Under the pieces are notes generated by a model, which saw nothing but the letters and a program-made list of their open reading frames with translations, made no database searches and was not told the origin of the DNA. DNA of 64,000 bases from a virus, in IMG/VR virus record IMGVR_UViG_3300006048_000003. One strand, 5' to 3'. Of this stretch, positions 17,954 through 27,614 are shown one piece after another (within the stretch, counting starts at the first letter, position 1; each line of letters starts with the position of its first letter). Made by a program: the position numbers and the translations under genes.

Positions 17954-18183
17954 GATTTCTTCTCCCGCTCCGCTATGCAGAGCCGTTGGAGTTGTCTGCC
18001 CAGAACCGTGGTGAGAATGAACTGATACTCCACGACCGTCAGATTGTGTTCCTGAATCCACGGGTTCAGGAACTTCAACAGTTTCTCAGCAGCGGACTCG
18101 ATGGCCCGGTCACGAGGATGGACTGGCTCCACAATCCCCGCCAGATCGACCTGTGGTGCTTGTTTGGTCTGATCGTCTGTCAC
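17950..18183 (-). CDS. Hypothetical protein
   Basis: 77-aa ORF. Confidence 0.55.
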   Translation of the reverse strand: MTDDQTKQAPQVDLAGIVEPVHPRDRAIESAAEKLLKFLNPWIQEHNLTVVEYQFILTTVLGRQLQRLCIAEREKKS

Positions 18184-18566
18184 ATGCCACCATCTTTCAC
18201 GGTAACAGGACGAAGATTGACAGTGGCTTTAATTTTCCCACCACTACTGTTCTGTCGAGCGGTGGCCACCTGCCAGTAGCTGCCTGGACTTGAAGGTAGA
18301 GTCAGATACCCATTACTGGAACAAATCAGAATATCCCCATCCCGAATTATTCCAACAAATTCCGGGTCGATTGCCACCTCACAGTCACTGCCCAGACCGT
18401 AGCAAAGTATCTCTCCATTGATGACGGGACCGGAAATTCCACAACAACGACTGTTCGGATTGCCCAACAAACAGTGTCCGTAACGATGATGATCCAACAT
18501 AACCGCACGTCCCACTGGAATCAGTGGATTAGCAGGGAACCAAGCGTCGTTGGGATTGATAGTCAC
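18180..18566 (-). CDS. Hypothetical protein
   Basis: GTG start re-called downstream of the repeat unit. Confidence 0.5.
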   Translation of the reverse strand: MTINPNDAWFPANPLIPVGRAVMLDHHRYGHCLLGNPNSRCCGISGPVINGEILCYGLGSDCEVAIDPEFVGIIRDGDILICSSNGYLTLPSSPGSYWQVATARQNSSGGKIKATVNLRPVTVKDGGM

Positions 18567-18590
18567 TATGCCATCCGCCCTTTGAGGGAT

Positions 18591-18626
18591 TCCACATCGA
18601 TAAACCGGATGCGTTCGGTTTAGTAG
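18591..18626 (-). repeat. Dispersed repeat-like unit (divergent)
   Basis: Sense CTACTAAACCGAA-CGCATC-CGGTTTATC-GATGTG-GA; contains the TAA stop (18620) of the upstream gene. Confidence 0.6.
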
Positions 18627-19120
18627 TTCATGGATGTCACCCACCACTCAGAGCCAATATGAAATACCGTGTGGTGCCCCAAATCAATCAACCCCAAAAC
18701 GGAAGGACGATACTCTTTGGGGGGTGGAACGTACTCTAATGCAAAGAAACTCACATTGCCTGTATCGGAGGTGATGAGCCACTTTAAGCATTCCGGAGCG
18801 GTATCGTATGGCCACACCCGCTGCACAGTATCGACAGATCCCGGAGGAACGCCACACACTGCCAGGATGTAAGTGAGGGGTATCAGTTCCAAGAAACCTT
18901 TGTTGTCGTCATTCTTGCCAACTGCCCATGGTTCCGTCTTTTCGTGCTCTCCGATCTCTTCCCGTCTCCACAATACAACGGATTCTGGATACTTCCTCAT
19001 CCACTGAGCCAGTTCGGGCTTCTCCTTCTCGTCCAGGAAGTCCGCGAATACACCCTTCGCCACGTGATCGGTGGGGTACAGTGCGATCTGCTGAAGGAAT
19101 TCCAGTTCGTCGTGTTCCAT
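18620..19120 (-). CDS. TIGR02996-like domain protein
   Basis: FLQQIALYPTDHVAKGVFADFLDEK. Confidence 0.7.
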   Translation of the reverse strand: MEHDELEFLQQIALYPTDHVAKGVFADFLDEKEKPELAQWMRKYPESVVLWRREEIGEHEKTEPWAVGKNDDNKGFLELIPLTYILAVCGVPPGSVDTVQRVWPYDTAPECLKWLITSDTGNVSFFALEYVPPPKEYRPSVLGLIDLGHHTVFHIGSEWWVTSMNY

Positions 19121-19124
19121 GTGG

Positions 19125-19667
19125 CTACTTGTCCTTCAGGTCCATTCCGGAATCGTCGTTGGCTTCGATCTCACGTTCCCGCGTGGCTTCCTCAATCCTC
19201 CGCATCGCCTCATCGAAGAACTCACGAACAATCGGGGAGACTGGAACCACTCGCCCTTGATCGTCCAAATGAACCATTTGTCCTGCCTGGATATCCGATC
19301 CGGCGGTGTATTGCTGTGTACCCCACACACCCACTGTGGTCTGCGTTTTCGGTTGCTTGTCTGCCTTATCCAACTGAGCGGCAAGACGCATCAGTGAGGC
19401 GTTCATGTCGAATACATCGAACCACAACCAATAAAGCAGGTTCATCTGAAGAACTTTCCACGCATCCCCATAAGAATCAGGAGAAAAAGCGTTCGTCAAC
19501 GCGATATTCAGTGTCCCCGTCAGTCGGCACGCATCTTCATGACGATCCTGAATCTTCAGTTCGTCCAGCAGAGCACCGACGACCGAGAAGTCACGCTCGA
19601 AGATGAGCTTCTCAGCCATCAGACCGATATTCGTGGCAGCGGCACGGGGAATGTCAGGAAGTTTCAT
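19125..19667 (-). CDS. Hypothetical protein
   Basis: Start re-called at MKLPDIP. Confidence 0.55.
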   Translation of the reverse strand: MKLPDIPRAAATNIGLMAEKLIFERDFSVVGALLDELKIQDRHEDACRLTGTLNIALTNAFSPDSYGDAWKVLQMNLLYWLWFDVFDMNASLMRLAAQLDKADKQPKTQTTVGVWGTQQYTAGSDIQAGQMVHLDDQGRVVPVSPIVREFFDEAMRRIEEATREREIEANDDSGMDLKDK

Positions 19668-19694
19668 TTTTAGACCTGTAGACGGTTTCTGTTG

Positions 19695-19730
19695 GTTGCA
19701 ACTACAAACGCGTCGCACTGGGATTATTCC
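19695..19730 (-). repeat. Dispersed repeat-like unit
   Basis: Sense GGAATAATCCCAG-TGCGAC-GCGTTTGTA-GTTGCA-AC; contains the TAA stop (19724); 27 nt before ATG 19667. Confidence 0.85.
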
Positions 19731-19936
19731 CACTCTGTCGGAAGTTCGCCTTCCACCAATTCGTATCCATTCGCGACCTGACGGCGTATGAAATCCAGAA
19801 CGACCCCACGATCCGGATTAGAGTAAAAACACGTCACCGTCAGGGTGCGTTTCTCCCCATCCTGGTTGTGCCCAACGAGCTTCCACCTCTCGCAGATTCC
19901 GATCTTCACCAAGATCCACGTCATCAGTATGAGCAC
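19724..19936 (-). CDS. Hypothetical protein
   Basis: Short ORF after the promoter at 19969-19997; start uncertain. Confidence 0.45.
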   Translation of the reverse strand: MLILMTWILVKIGICERWKLVGHNQDGEKRTLTVTCFYSNPDRGVVLDFIRRQVANGYELVEGELPTEWE

Positions 19937-19968
19937 AAAACACCCCGTTGCATTCGGATTACTGCGAA

Positions 19969-19997
19969 ACTCTAGCACGCAATCCGTGGAAAGGCAA
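19969..19997 (-). promoter_or_regulatory. Sigma70-like promoter
   Basis: TTGCCT-17-TAGAGT with extended TG. Confidence 0.6.
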
Positions 19998-20009
19998 ATC
20001 GGGACGGGA

Positions 20010-21710
20010 TTATCTTCTGGCGTGAGTCCTTCCGTTCAAGTACGGATAGGGGGAATCGGTGAAGTCGTCACTATGTCCACCGACAACTGAAGGCAAATCG
20101 TGGCTGATTTCGTGGTAGCACACCAACATCGCATCGGCATCGTCGGGGCTTCTCCCCAAGCGTTCCTTGATTTTCTTCTTGATCTCCACCTGATACGCTT
20201 TGTTGGGCAGAATCTCGTAACTCGGTGTCAGGAGTTGGAGTTTCAATTTCTTCAGGACGTCCTGAGGCAGATCCGACAGGTCCATTTCGCTCTCCATCGC
20301 CTTCTTCTTGGCTTCAAACCAAATCTGTGCCCTTTTGTTGTCGTACACGTAAGCTCCAGTCGAGTCCATGATGAGGGAATTCTCCGCGACGTTCAATCCA
20401 ATCCAGTCCCCAAAGCCATTGCAGTGAGACATCACCCCATATCCAGGTCCATCAAGCTCCACAATGACCCTCACTTGTGACGCCTGAAGACGTGGACGGG
20501 TGGGAATTGCGGCCCATGAGTTGTACTTCTCAGCCCACAATTCGGACAAGTCCTTGAGACGTTGTGCCGTCTTCTCCGGACCCCACCCGTTGTGGGATTC
20601 ATGGTGGAGGCTCTTCCTACCTGATCTAACGTGCATACTAGTATCATCATCTCCGAACAAAGCAACGTCACAGCCAATTGTGATTCCCCACTTCTGCCAC
20701 CAGCAGTGCTCGTGAGTGTACTTCGGTGTGATGGCTCGTAACCACGCCAGTTCGCTCCAAACGGTGTCCACGCCTTCCGTGGGGCGGATACCCTGCACAC
20801 GAGCTTTGAACATGGGTCCGGGTCTGTGAAACTTGCCGGATTGAGGTGGCCATTCGATGTCGGTGGGAAGTCGATCTTCTTCACTGACCGGATCAGACCA
20901 TTCCTTCACCCAGCCGTCGACCATCGCGAGCGTGACGGCGTTGGGAATAATCGGCTCTTGTCCTGCCAGTTGAGCCTTGATATTCGGGTGATCGAGTGCT
21001 GAAATATTGTGAACTTTCCACTTGGGGTTGCCGTCCGGACCTTCTGCCAAGTCCTCAAGGTAGCTCTGGGAAGCTGTCGTGATGGGATTCCCAATCGCGA
21101 ACCATCCGTGATCGCTGTCGGGCTGGTACATCGTGTTCGTCGTGATCCAATAAACCGAGTCGATCCCCTCGGACTCGTCAAATATGAACAACATGCAAGA
21201 ACGGTGCTTACCCTGAGACGCTTCTCCGCTGCCCTGTGTGCGTCCCTTGATCCAGTGATCGTCGTAATCGAACAAGTCGGCTGCTTTGGGTGCCAACTTG
21301 CCCACATAAGGAATCTTGGCTTTGTTGAGGAGCATCCGGACTTCTGACCAGAGAACCGTTTCGACGTGATCCTTCGTAGGAGCGGTAATGACAACAACAC
21401 CAGGATTTCGTGTGTAGTACCACCATACGGCCAACACCGCAGCCAAAAAACTCTTACCTAACGAGTGACCAGAATTGACTTTGATTCGTCCTGGGAACTT
21501 CCGAATGATTGTTTCTTGATCTTCCGTAAGAGTAACGTCGAGAACTTCCTTCGCGAACCTGACTGGGTCATGAACATACTTCACCATCTCGTCCTTTTGT
21601 GAGACGGATGGGTCGGGGCGGCAAGCGTGTTCCAGTTGCTTTGCAGTGTACTTGCTCTTCAGTCCTGCCGCCAGAGCCTTCAGCTTGTCCAGGTCGATGG
21701 GAAGGGCCAC
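20010..21710 (-). CDS. terL: Terminase large subunit
   Basis: Walker A SGHSLGKS, Walker B FIFDESE, nuclease IGCDVALFGDDDT...SPDDADA. Confidence 0.9.
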   Translation of the reverse strand: MALPIDLDKLKALAAGLKSKYTAKQLEHACRPDPSVSQKDEMVKYVHDPVRFAKEVLDVTLTEDQETIIRKFPGRIKVNSGHSLGKSFLAAVLAVWWYYTRNPGVVVITAPTKDHVETVLWSEVRMLLNKAKIPYVGKLAPKAADLFDYDDHWIKGRTQGSGEASQGKHRSCMLFIFDESEGIDSVYWITTNTMYQPDSDHGWFAIGNPITTASQSYLEDLAEGPDGNPKWKVHNISALDHPNIKAQLAGQEPIIPNAVTLAMVDGWVKEWSDPVSEEDRLPTDIEWPPQSGKFHRPGPMFKARVQGIRPTEGVDTVWSELAWLRAITPKYTHEHCWWQKWGITIGCDVALFGDDDTSMHVRSGRKSLHHESHNGWGPEKTAQRLKDLSELWAEKYNSWAAIPTRPRLQASQVRVIVELDGPGYGVMSHCNGFGDWIGLNVAENSLIMDSTGAYVYDNKRAQIWFEAKKKAMESEMDLSDLPQDVLKKLKLQLLTPSYEILPNKAYQVEIKKKIKERLGRSPDDADAMLVCYHEISHDLPSVVGGHSDDFTDSPYPYLNGRTHARR

Positions 21711-21713
21711 GAA

Positions 21714-24700
21714 TCACCCCGTTTGGCCCTGCTGACGATTTGCCATGAACGATTGATGGAAAGCGGCTTCCATTCCCTTGTAAGTTGGCCAGGAGTATTG
21801 CATCCCTATGAATCTTGGAACGTGATCTGGAGCAGTGTAAAAATCACCGTCTCGGTGGGACTGGCGATATTGTGGTAAATGCTCTGGATCAACACCACTT
21901 GGCAAAGATCCGGAATAGATTCGATGGGGGAATTGCTGTGCATCGGCATTCTTGAGAGACAAATACTGCTGCGGATCGTACATGCCATGATTCTGTGAGT
22001 GCCAATCCCCCATCGCCTGTCGGAAGTCGGCTTCGTCGTGGTGTCCCTGTTCCCGCAAGAAGTCTGAATACACGTAATGCCCCATCGGATCGAGGGGATT
22101 GCCCCCTAGTTCAGGATAGATACTGGCCTGGAACGCTGCGTGAGGATCGGTCCACTGCTCCTGGGAGGAATCGTCGTCAGCGTACAGGGATAGATGTTCC
22201 TCACCTGTGTCTTCACTCAACCGGGGGGCTGGTGCGGGGGCAACCGGTGGTGTCTGACTCAACTCATTGGCGTTCCGATGGGCTTCTTCCTGGCTGTGTC
22301 CCATCCATCGGGACGGCATCCGAAGGGAGATTCCCCCATCCTGCGGATGGAACTTCCACACGTCGTATCTGTGAGGATTAGGATTCTCAGGAAATCCTTC
22401 CCCTTCCGTTACAAAATAGTGCCCACCAATTCCACTATGGACGGGTCCGTGTGGGATGTGTTCCCCGGAACCCTCTACCCCAAACGAGGGGAAGAACCCG
22501 TAGTGCTTCGATGGGTGTCCCCCATAAGCTGCTGTCCACCCATACTCTTCCCCGTTCGCCTTCCGGATGTCATCAAAGGTCGGAATCGCTCCGGCATGGA
22601 CTTCTCCGGTCTGTGGATGATGGGCTACCCACGCATCTCCAGGATGATTCCGCAGGAAGTGGAGTGTGTCCGGACTGACGGAATTGGGGTCTTTTTCTTC
22701 TAGCCAATCGGCGTACACTCCCCGTGCCACGGTATCGTTCGGATGCTCCTGAATAGCATGATGGAAGGCTTCGTGGGAGTAATCCGTTCGGGCGTACATC
22801 GAATACCGCTGGTCCCCGTCCTGCTCCATGACCGGGGACAGATTCGGATAGTTATTCAAGTGTGTTCGGGACTGTGATACCCAATCGGCGATGTCGTCCC
22901 GTTCCTGCCACTCCTGCTGGGGTGGCGAGTAGTCGTAATTCACGGATTCCTGATACGCCTCCGGGTAGTATCGCTGTCCCTCGAACGGCTTATCCTTGCC
23001 CCGGAAGTCACTGTGGTCCTCGTGGAGTGTGCCGCCCCCACTACTCCAGGCGGTATCGGAGTACTGGGCAGCTTGCGTTTGCTGGGATTGACCAAGAAGC
23101 TCGGCCTGACGTTCGGGGTGAAGTCTGGCGAATCCCAACGCGGCGGCATCATCGGCGGCTCGACGGCTTTCGTGGTGCGTCCAGTATTCTCGGTCCTGTG
23201 CGTTTGCATAAGAAGGATTCGTGCTTTCCATCGCATCTAACCAGTCGCGTGGAAGGGCATTGGAGACGTTTGGGTAATGGGAATTCTCGTCATGTCCCCA
23301 ATCCCACGATTCTGGGTAAGGCTGGCCATCATACCCCTCTGCTTTGGGATTCCAATGAGTTGCGTAACGACGATGCATTCCCAACGCCCGGTATCCCGCC
23401 GCTCGTGGGTCATTCTGATCCTCCAGATAATCCGCTAAGATCATTCGCGTCTGGTGGTCGTGGGGGGTCTCGTCCAACATCCGGTGGAAATCCTCCTCGG
23501 ACGTCATGTAATCCATCCGACTGTACCGAGCAGCTTGTGTTGGTTCGTCCTGAGTGGGCTGGACTTCGTAGGAGCCATGAATCATTCCATCGCTGCCAAC
23601 GTAAAGGTCATGCTCGCCGTGCTTCTCAGCAGCGTCCTGAAGATCGTACCCATGATCCCCGTAGACTTCTGGCTTCTCCCAAAACCCCGCACCATGCCCG
23701 TTTCGTGACACCCAGAAGTCGTGTGCGTGATCACTACTCCCACTACTGGTATCCGCCAATTTCTCCTGATTTGTGGCTCTGAAGTGACGGAAGTCTGCCA
23801 GCATCGCAGCCATTGTTGCTGGGTGAATGTTGTGGTAAGTGTGATTTTCGTCTAATGGCTCCCCAGCGTCTGGGTCGGTGGAGGACCATAACGCCGTGTC
23901 CATGTACTGCTGAAATCCTGGTTCCAAGTGATCAGGGCGAATCATATACCCCTGAATATTCGGACGGTACTGACGATGAAGTTGCTGAGACAGAGCGTGA
24001 GCATCCTGAATACCACCATCCGGGTCGAGATAAGCATGTTTCCGTGTATCTCTCAGAATCGCTGCTTGTCGGGCATAGTCCTGATTCCCCGTGTCGGCGT
24101 GCAAGTCATCCAGATAATCAGCCGCTACCAGTCGGGGCGTCATGTCGAAGTGGGGTGATTGTTCGTGTTGCCATCCCCTCCAGGCTCGGGGACTGATGGA
24201 GGAGAGCATCGCAGGGAGTTCTTGCTCGGAAACGTAATCGGTTCGACTGTACCGACTCATCATCTGGGGCTGGAAATCAGGCTGTGACGGTAAGTGCGGC
24301 TCCATGTAAGCGTGAATCGCCTGCCGCATCGGTTCGGGAAGATCTTGGGTCAGGTGGGCCAGGTGTTCCTTCGAGTCTACAGGAACGTGGTATTGGAGAT
24401 ACCCCCCATTACCAAATCGGAGGGGATTACCATGAGGGGCGTGGGTGACTGTCAAAGCACCACTCCGTGCCCCAGTATCATAATATTTCTTGGAAATGTG
24501 AGGGGTAAGCCCAATCTGCTGATGGGGAGTCGGTCCGTGTGGACCGGGGGTTCCATCCTCCACCACGCTCGGAAGTTGGATGGAGTAGTCGTAAGGGAAC
24601 CACAGCCCAGGATAAAAAGGTGGACGCATCTGCTCCGGATCACGGGAATGCCAGTACGCTTGCCGTGCCAGATGTGCCCCCGGCATTCCCTGTTCCTCAA

Positions 24701-27614
24701 GGAAATCCGCGAATGGTCCCAGTCCCGATGCATCGTTCTGGGACACGATTCCATGCATCATCGCGTCGTGAGTATCAGGATCGCCGGATTGAACGTAGTG
24801 CGTTCCCATGTGCTCGTCGTAGGACTCCGTGACGTCCGTATCCCCGAAGTCGTAATTCGTCCTTCCGTAACGCGAGAAGTTCACATCCTCACTGACTTCC
24901 CGCTGTTCCAACCCAGAAGCCTGCTGGGGAACGGGTGGATGTGTCTGGGACAGTTGATGTGCTGTCTGGTGAGCCTGCTGTGCCGCTTTCTCAGGGAATT
25001 CTCCCACATTCCCATGAACACCTGCTTCGTGGGATATCCCCCCTGTGTCGGGATGGAACTGCCAGACGTCGTGAGCTTCCTCCCCGTCATGACCCTCGAA
25101 ATCGTCACGGGACGTGAAGTAGACGCCCCCAGGACCACTATGGGGTTCCCCGTGGGAGGTGTGACGCTCACCCTGATTGTTGACCCACCCGTAGTGCTCG
25201 TTGGGGAACATCTCGTTGAAGTGGGACGTCTCCCCGTTGGCTTTACGGATGTCGTCCCAGGTGTAGTGCGGACCTGCCTTTACTTCCCCCGTCTGCGGGT
25301 GTGTCGAAATCCAGGCGTTTCCTTGATGGGTTCTCAGGAAGTTCAGTGTGTCCGGGTGGACGGTATGAGGAGCGTAGTCCTCCAACCAATCAGCATAGAT
25401 CTGCCTATTTACTGCGTCATGAGGAGCTTCCTGGGCACGTGCCTGAAACGCCTGGTGGGAGTAGTCAGTACGGGAATACGGGGTTTTGTTCCTCCAATAG
25501 TCCCTATCGGGGTGTTCCCCACCTGAAAACCCTCCTGCGGAATCCCCGGTATCGTCGTAATTCGACTGCTCATCTTCGTCCTCGTTGTACCACCTGTCGT
25601 GGTTTGGGGAATCCTGTCCATCCCCACCCGCTCCAGAGCCACTGAATCCGTACATGGAGCCGTCTGCGTCGTCGTACCGGGCGTTCTGTTCGGGTGGTGT
25701 CTGGGACTCCAGGTATTCGGCTGAATTCAACAGACGAGCACGCAGGGTCGGGGACACCTTCGGATGATCTGCCCATTCTCGAAGGGATGGGGCATCCATG
25801 ACAGCAGTGTGGGACGGAAAGGACAGACTTCCGCCCGTTCTTCGGTGAACCAGGGCACTTCCGGGAACGTCAGTGGACCGGATAGTCCATGTCTGGTCCC
25901 CATCACGAACAACTGTGCTTGGTTCCCCTGCCAATTGTGCCTTGTGGGAAATGCCCTGCTTGTTGTGAACAAGCGGAGAACCTGATTCGACCAAGTTCCG
26001 GTAAAAGGGAGCGTGGGGTTCCCCGGCTTCATCCAGTGCATCTGCCAAGACCCCCCCGGCTGTGGTGTCCTGAACGTAGTTGTGGTTGTACTCGTCAGCC
26101 CACTGTCTTTGACTGTTCTCAACCCCCTGACGAATGGTTTCCCCTAAATCGAGGGTGTACATCGTCCCTGTGTGGCCACCAGATTGCGTAGGAACGTCAC
26201 TGTGGGGCGAAAGGGGGTCCGGATGGCCAAAGTGTGCGTAGAGGTGCGAAACTTCGTCTGGAGTCATTGCAGCACTGTAAGACGGCTCATCATTCTCCGT
26301 AGGGGTCCAATTAACGGCATGAACGACAGGTCGGGCTTCTGCGTCTGATGCCCACTTCTGACTCGCGGGATACCAGCCACCCGTCAACTGCAACGTACCG
26401 CCATCCCCCGTTGGAACGACACGTCGAGATGTGCCGTCGTGTGGATGCCACCGATGATCAACCGGACCACCCGCAAGCTGTTCCGCATGGCGATGCAAAT
26501 TCCCCAACCATCCATTGCCCACCCCATGATGACTCGGATTGTCTGCGGAACTCCGATACGACACATCCCTGTCCACAATCGTGGCTCGTGGATCGTCGTG
26601 GTCGGCTAACTTACCCACCAAGACATGATCCACGTAGGCATTCGGGTCCATGCTCCCGGCTCCGGGTGCGGAGTTCAGAATTTCATGGATTTCATTGATA
26701 GGAGCCGCGTAGTCGGTTGGGTCTCCATCGGCATACCGTGAAAACTGTCGTCCTGCCTGAGCTTGCTTGGGGAACCCTGCCGGGGATACCCAGGGAGAAC
26801 CGAACTGTTCCAGGCTTTGAGTTGATCCGGGGGCGATACTTCCGGGGATTGTGGGTGGGGGAAGTCTCATGTCGGTGAAGGACGGGTAGCCGAAGGAATC
26901 GTCGTCGTAACGGCTTAATTGCTGGGGTTCTTCATGATCCTCTGGCAAGTTTGGGTCGGCGTGGTAAACATGCTCGATGGTCTTCTGTCGAACGTGCTCA
27001 GGAAGATCGGCTAGCATCTCGTTCAGATGGCGGTGGGACAGCACAGGGACACGGTAATCAATTCCGATTTCCTGTGGGGCAGAATAGGAGTTATGATAGA
27101 TACGTAGATATGAGCCAGTTCGAGGTTCCTTCACAGGAACCTCCCTTTTTACAGCCTGAATACTCGCAAATCCCGGAACATCGTGTCGGTGAACAGGATC
27201 GATATAGACATTCGCTTCCCCATTACTGTCCCTTATGGAATCGACGTCCTCAGTATGATACAGCCTTTGGAACCCATTCGGACGATACTTGGCTCCTTCC
27301 GCCATCAACAAACCCCCTGGCTGTCCGTACTGCTGAAGATGGTCCGCCAACATCGCCAGGGGAGTACCTTCATGTTCATCCGCTGTCAGAACTGCATTGT
27401 GTAGCTCATCGTGAACCTGCCGGAATTCATCATCGTAATTCGTCGGTTCATTGGAATACTGAGCGTAACAGTCGTAGCTTTGGAACTCCGGATTCGGATA
27501 CACGTTGCAACTACTAACCCGTTGCACTGGGATAGGCATAAACTCCTGCAACCCCTTCAGGAAAATGTGAAGGGCGTCCTGAACCTGCTGGAGGGCTTCG
27601 TATTCCGGATTCAC
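21714..27614 (-). CDS. 1966-aa modular (polyvalent-like) protein with about 9 TIGR02996-like modules
   Basis: Recurrent xADxLxExG motifs, two clearly paralogous internal modules, recurrent [SA]RY[DSAG] linker motif; lies between terS and terL. Confidence 0.75.
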   Translation of the reverse strand: MNPEYEALQQVQDALHIFLKGLQEFMPIPVQRVSSCNVYPNPEFQSYDCYAQYSNEPTNYDDEFRQVHDELHNAVLTADEHEGTPLAMLADHLQQYGQPGGLLMAEGAKYRPNGFQRLYHTEDVDSIRDSNGEANVYIDPVHRHDVPGFASIQAVKREVPVKEPRTGSYLRIYHNSYSAPQEIGIDYRVPVLSHRHLNEMLADLPEHVRQKTIEHVYHADPNLPEDHEEPQQLSRYDDDSFGYPSFTDMRLPPPTIPGSIAPGSTQSLEQFGSPWVSPAGFPKQAQAGRQFSRYADGDPTDYAAPINEIHEILNSAPGAGSMDPNAYVDHVLVGKLADHDDPRATIVDRDVSYRSSADNPSHHGVGNGWLGNLHRHAEQLAGGPVDHRWHPHDGTSRRVVPTGDGGTLQLTGGWYPASQKWASDAEARPVVHAVNWTPTENDEPSYSAAMTPDEVSHLYAHFGHPDPLSPHSDVPTQSGGHTGTMYTLDLGETIRQGVENSQRQWADEYNHNYVQDTTAGGVLADALDEAGEPHAPFYRNLVESGSPLVHNKQGISHKAQLAGEPSTVVRDGDQTWTIRSTDVPGSALVHRRTGGSLSFPSHTAVMDAPSLREWADHPKVSPTLRARLLNSAEYLESQTPPEQNARYDDADGSMYGFSGSGAGGDGQDSPNHDRWYNEDEDEQSNYDDTGDSAGGFSGGEHPDRDYWRNKTPYSRTDYSHQAFQARAQEAPHDAVNRQIYADWLEDYAPHTVHPDTLNFLRTHQGNAWISTHPQTGEVKAGPHYTWDDIRKANGETSHFNEMFPNEHYGWVNNQGERHTSHGEPHSGPGGVYFTSRDDFEGHDGEEAHDVWQFHPDTGGISHEAGVHGNVGEFPEKAAQQAHQTAHQLSQTHPPVPQQASGLEQREVSEDVNFSRYGRTNYDFGDTDVTESYDEHMGTHYVQSGDPDTHDAMMHGIVSQNDASGLGPFADFLEEQGMPGAHLARQAYWHSRDPEQMRPPFYPGLWFPYDYSIQLPSVVEDGTPGPHGPTPHQQIGLTPHISKKYYDTGARSGALTVTHAPHGNPLRFGNGGYLQYHVPVDSKEHLAHLTQDLPEPMRQAIHAYMEPHLPSQPDFQPQMMSRYSRTDYVSEQELPAMLSSISPRAWRGWQHEQSPHFDMTPRLVAADYLDDLHADTGNQDYARQAAILRDTRKHAYLDPDGGIQDAHALSQQLHRQYRPNIQGYMIRPDHLEPGFQQYMDTALWSSTDPDAGEPLDENHTYHNIHPATMAAMLADFRHFRATNQEKLADTSSGSSDHAHDFWVSRNGHGAGFWEKPEVYGDHGYDLQDAAEKHGEHDLYVGSDGMIHGSYEVQPTQDEPTQAARYSRMDYMTSEEDFHRMLDETPHDHQTRMILADYLEDQNDPRAAGYRALGMHRRYATHWNPKAEGYDGQPYPESWDWGHDENSHYPNVSNALPRDWLDAMESTNPSYANAQDREYWTHHESRRAADDAAALGFARLHPERQAELLGQSQQTQAAQYSDTAWSSGGGTLHEDHSDFRGKDKPFEGQRYYPEAYQESVNYDYSPPQQEWQERDDIADWVSQSRTHLNNYPNLSPVMEQDGDQRYSMYARTDYSHEAFHHAIQEHPNDTVARGVYADWLEEKDPNSVSPDTLHFLRNHPGDAWVAHHPQTGEVHAGAIPTFDDIRKANGEEYGWTAAYGGHPSKHYGFFPSFGVEGSGEHIPHGPVHSGIGGHYFVTEGEGFPENPNPHRYDVWKFHPQDGGISLRMPSRWMGHSQEEAHRNANELSQTPPVAPAPAPRLSEDTGEEHLSLYADDDSSQEQWTDPHAAFQASIYPELGGNPLDPMGHYVYSDFLREQGHHDEADFRQAMGDWHSQNHGMYDPQQYLSLKNADAQQFPHRIYSGSLPSGVDPEHLPQYRQSHRDGDFYTAPDHVPRFIGMQYSWPTYKGMEAAFHQSFMANRQQGQTG
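27504..27539 (-). repeat. Repeat-like unit in frame near the N-terminus of the 1966-aa ORF
   Basis: Sense ATGCCTATCCCAG-TGCAAC-GGGTTAGTA-GTTGCA-AC encodes MPIPVQRVSSCN; preceded by GGAG. Confidence 0.9.
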
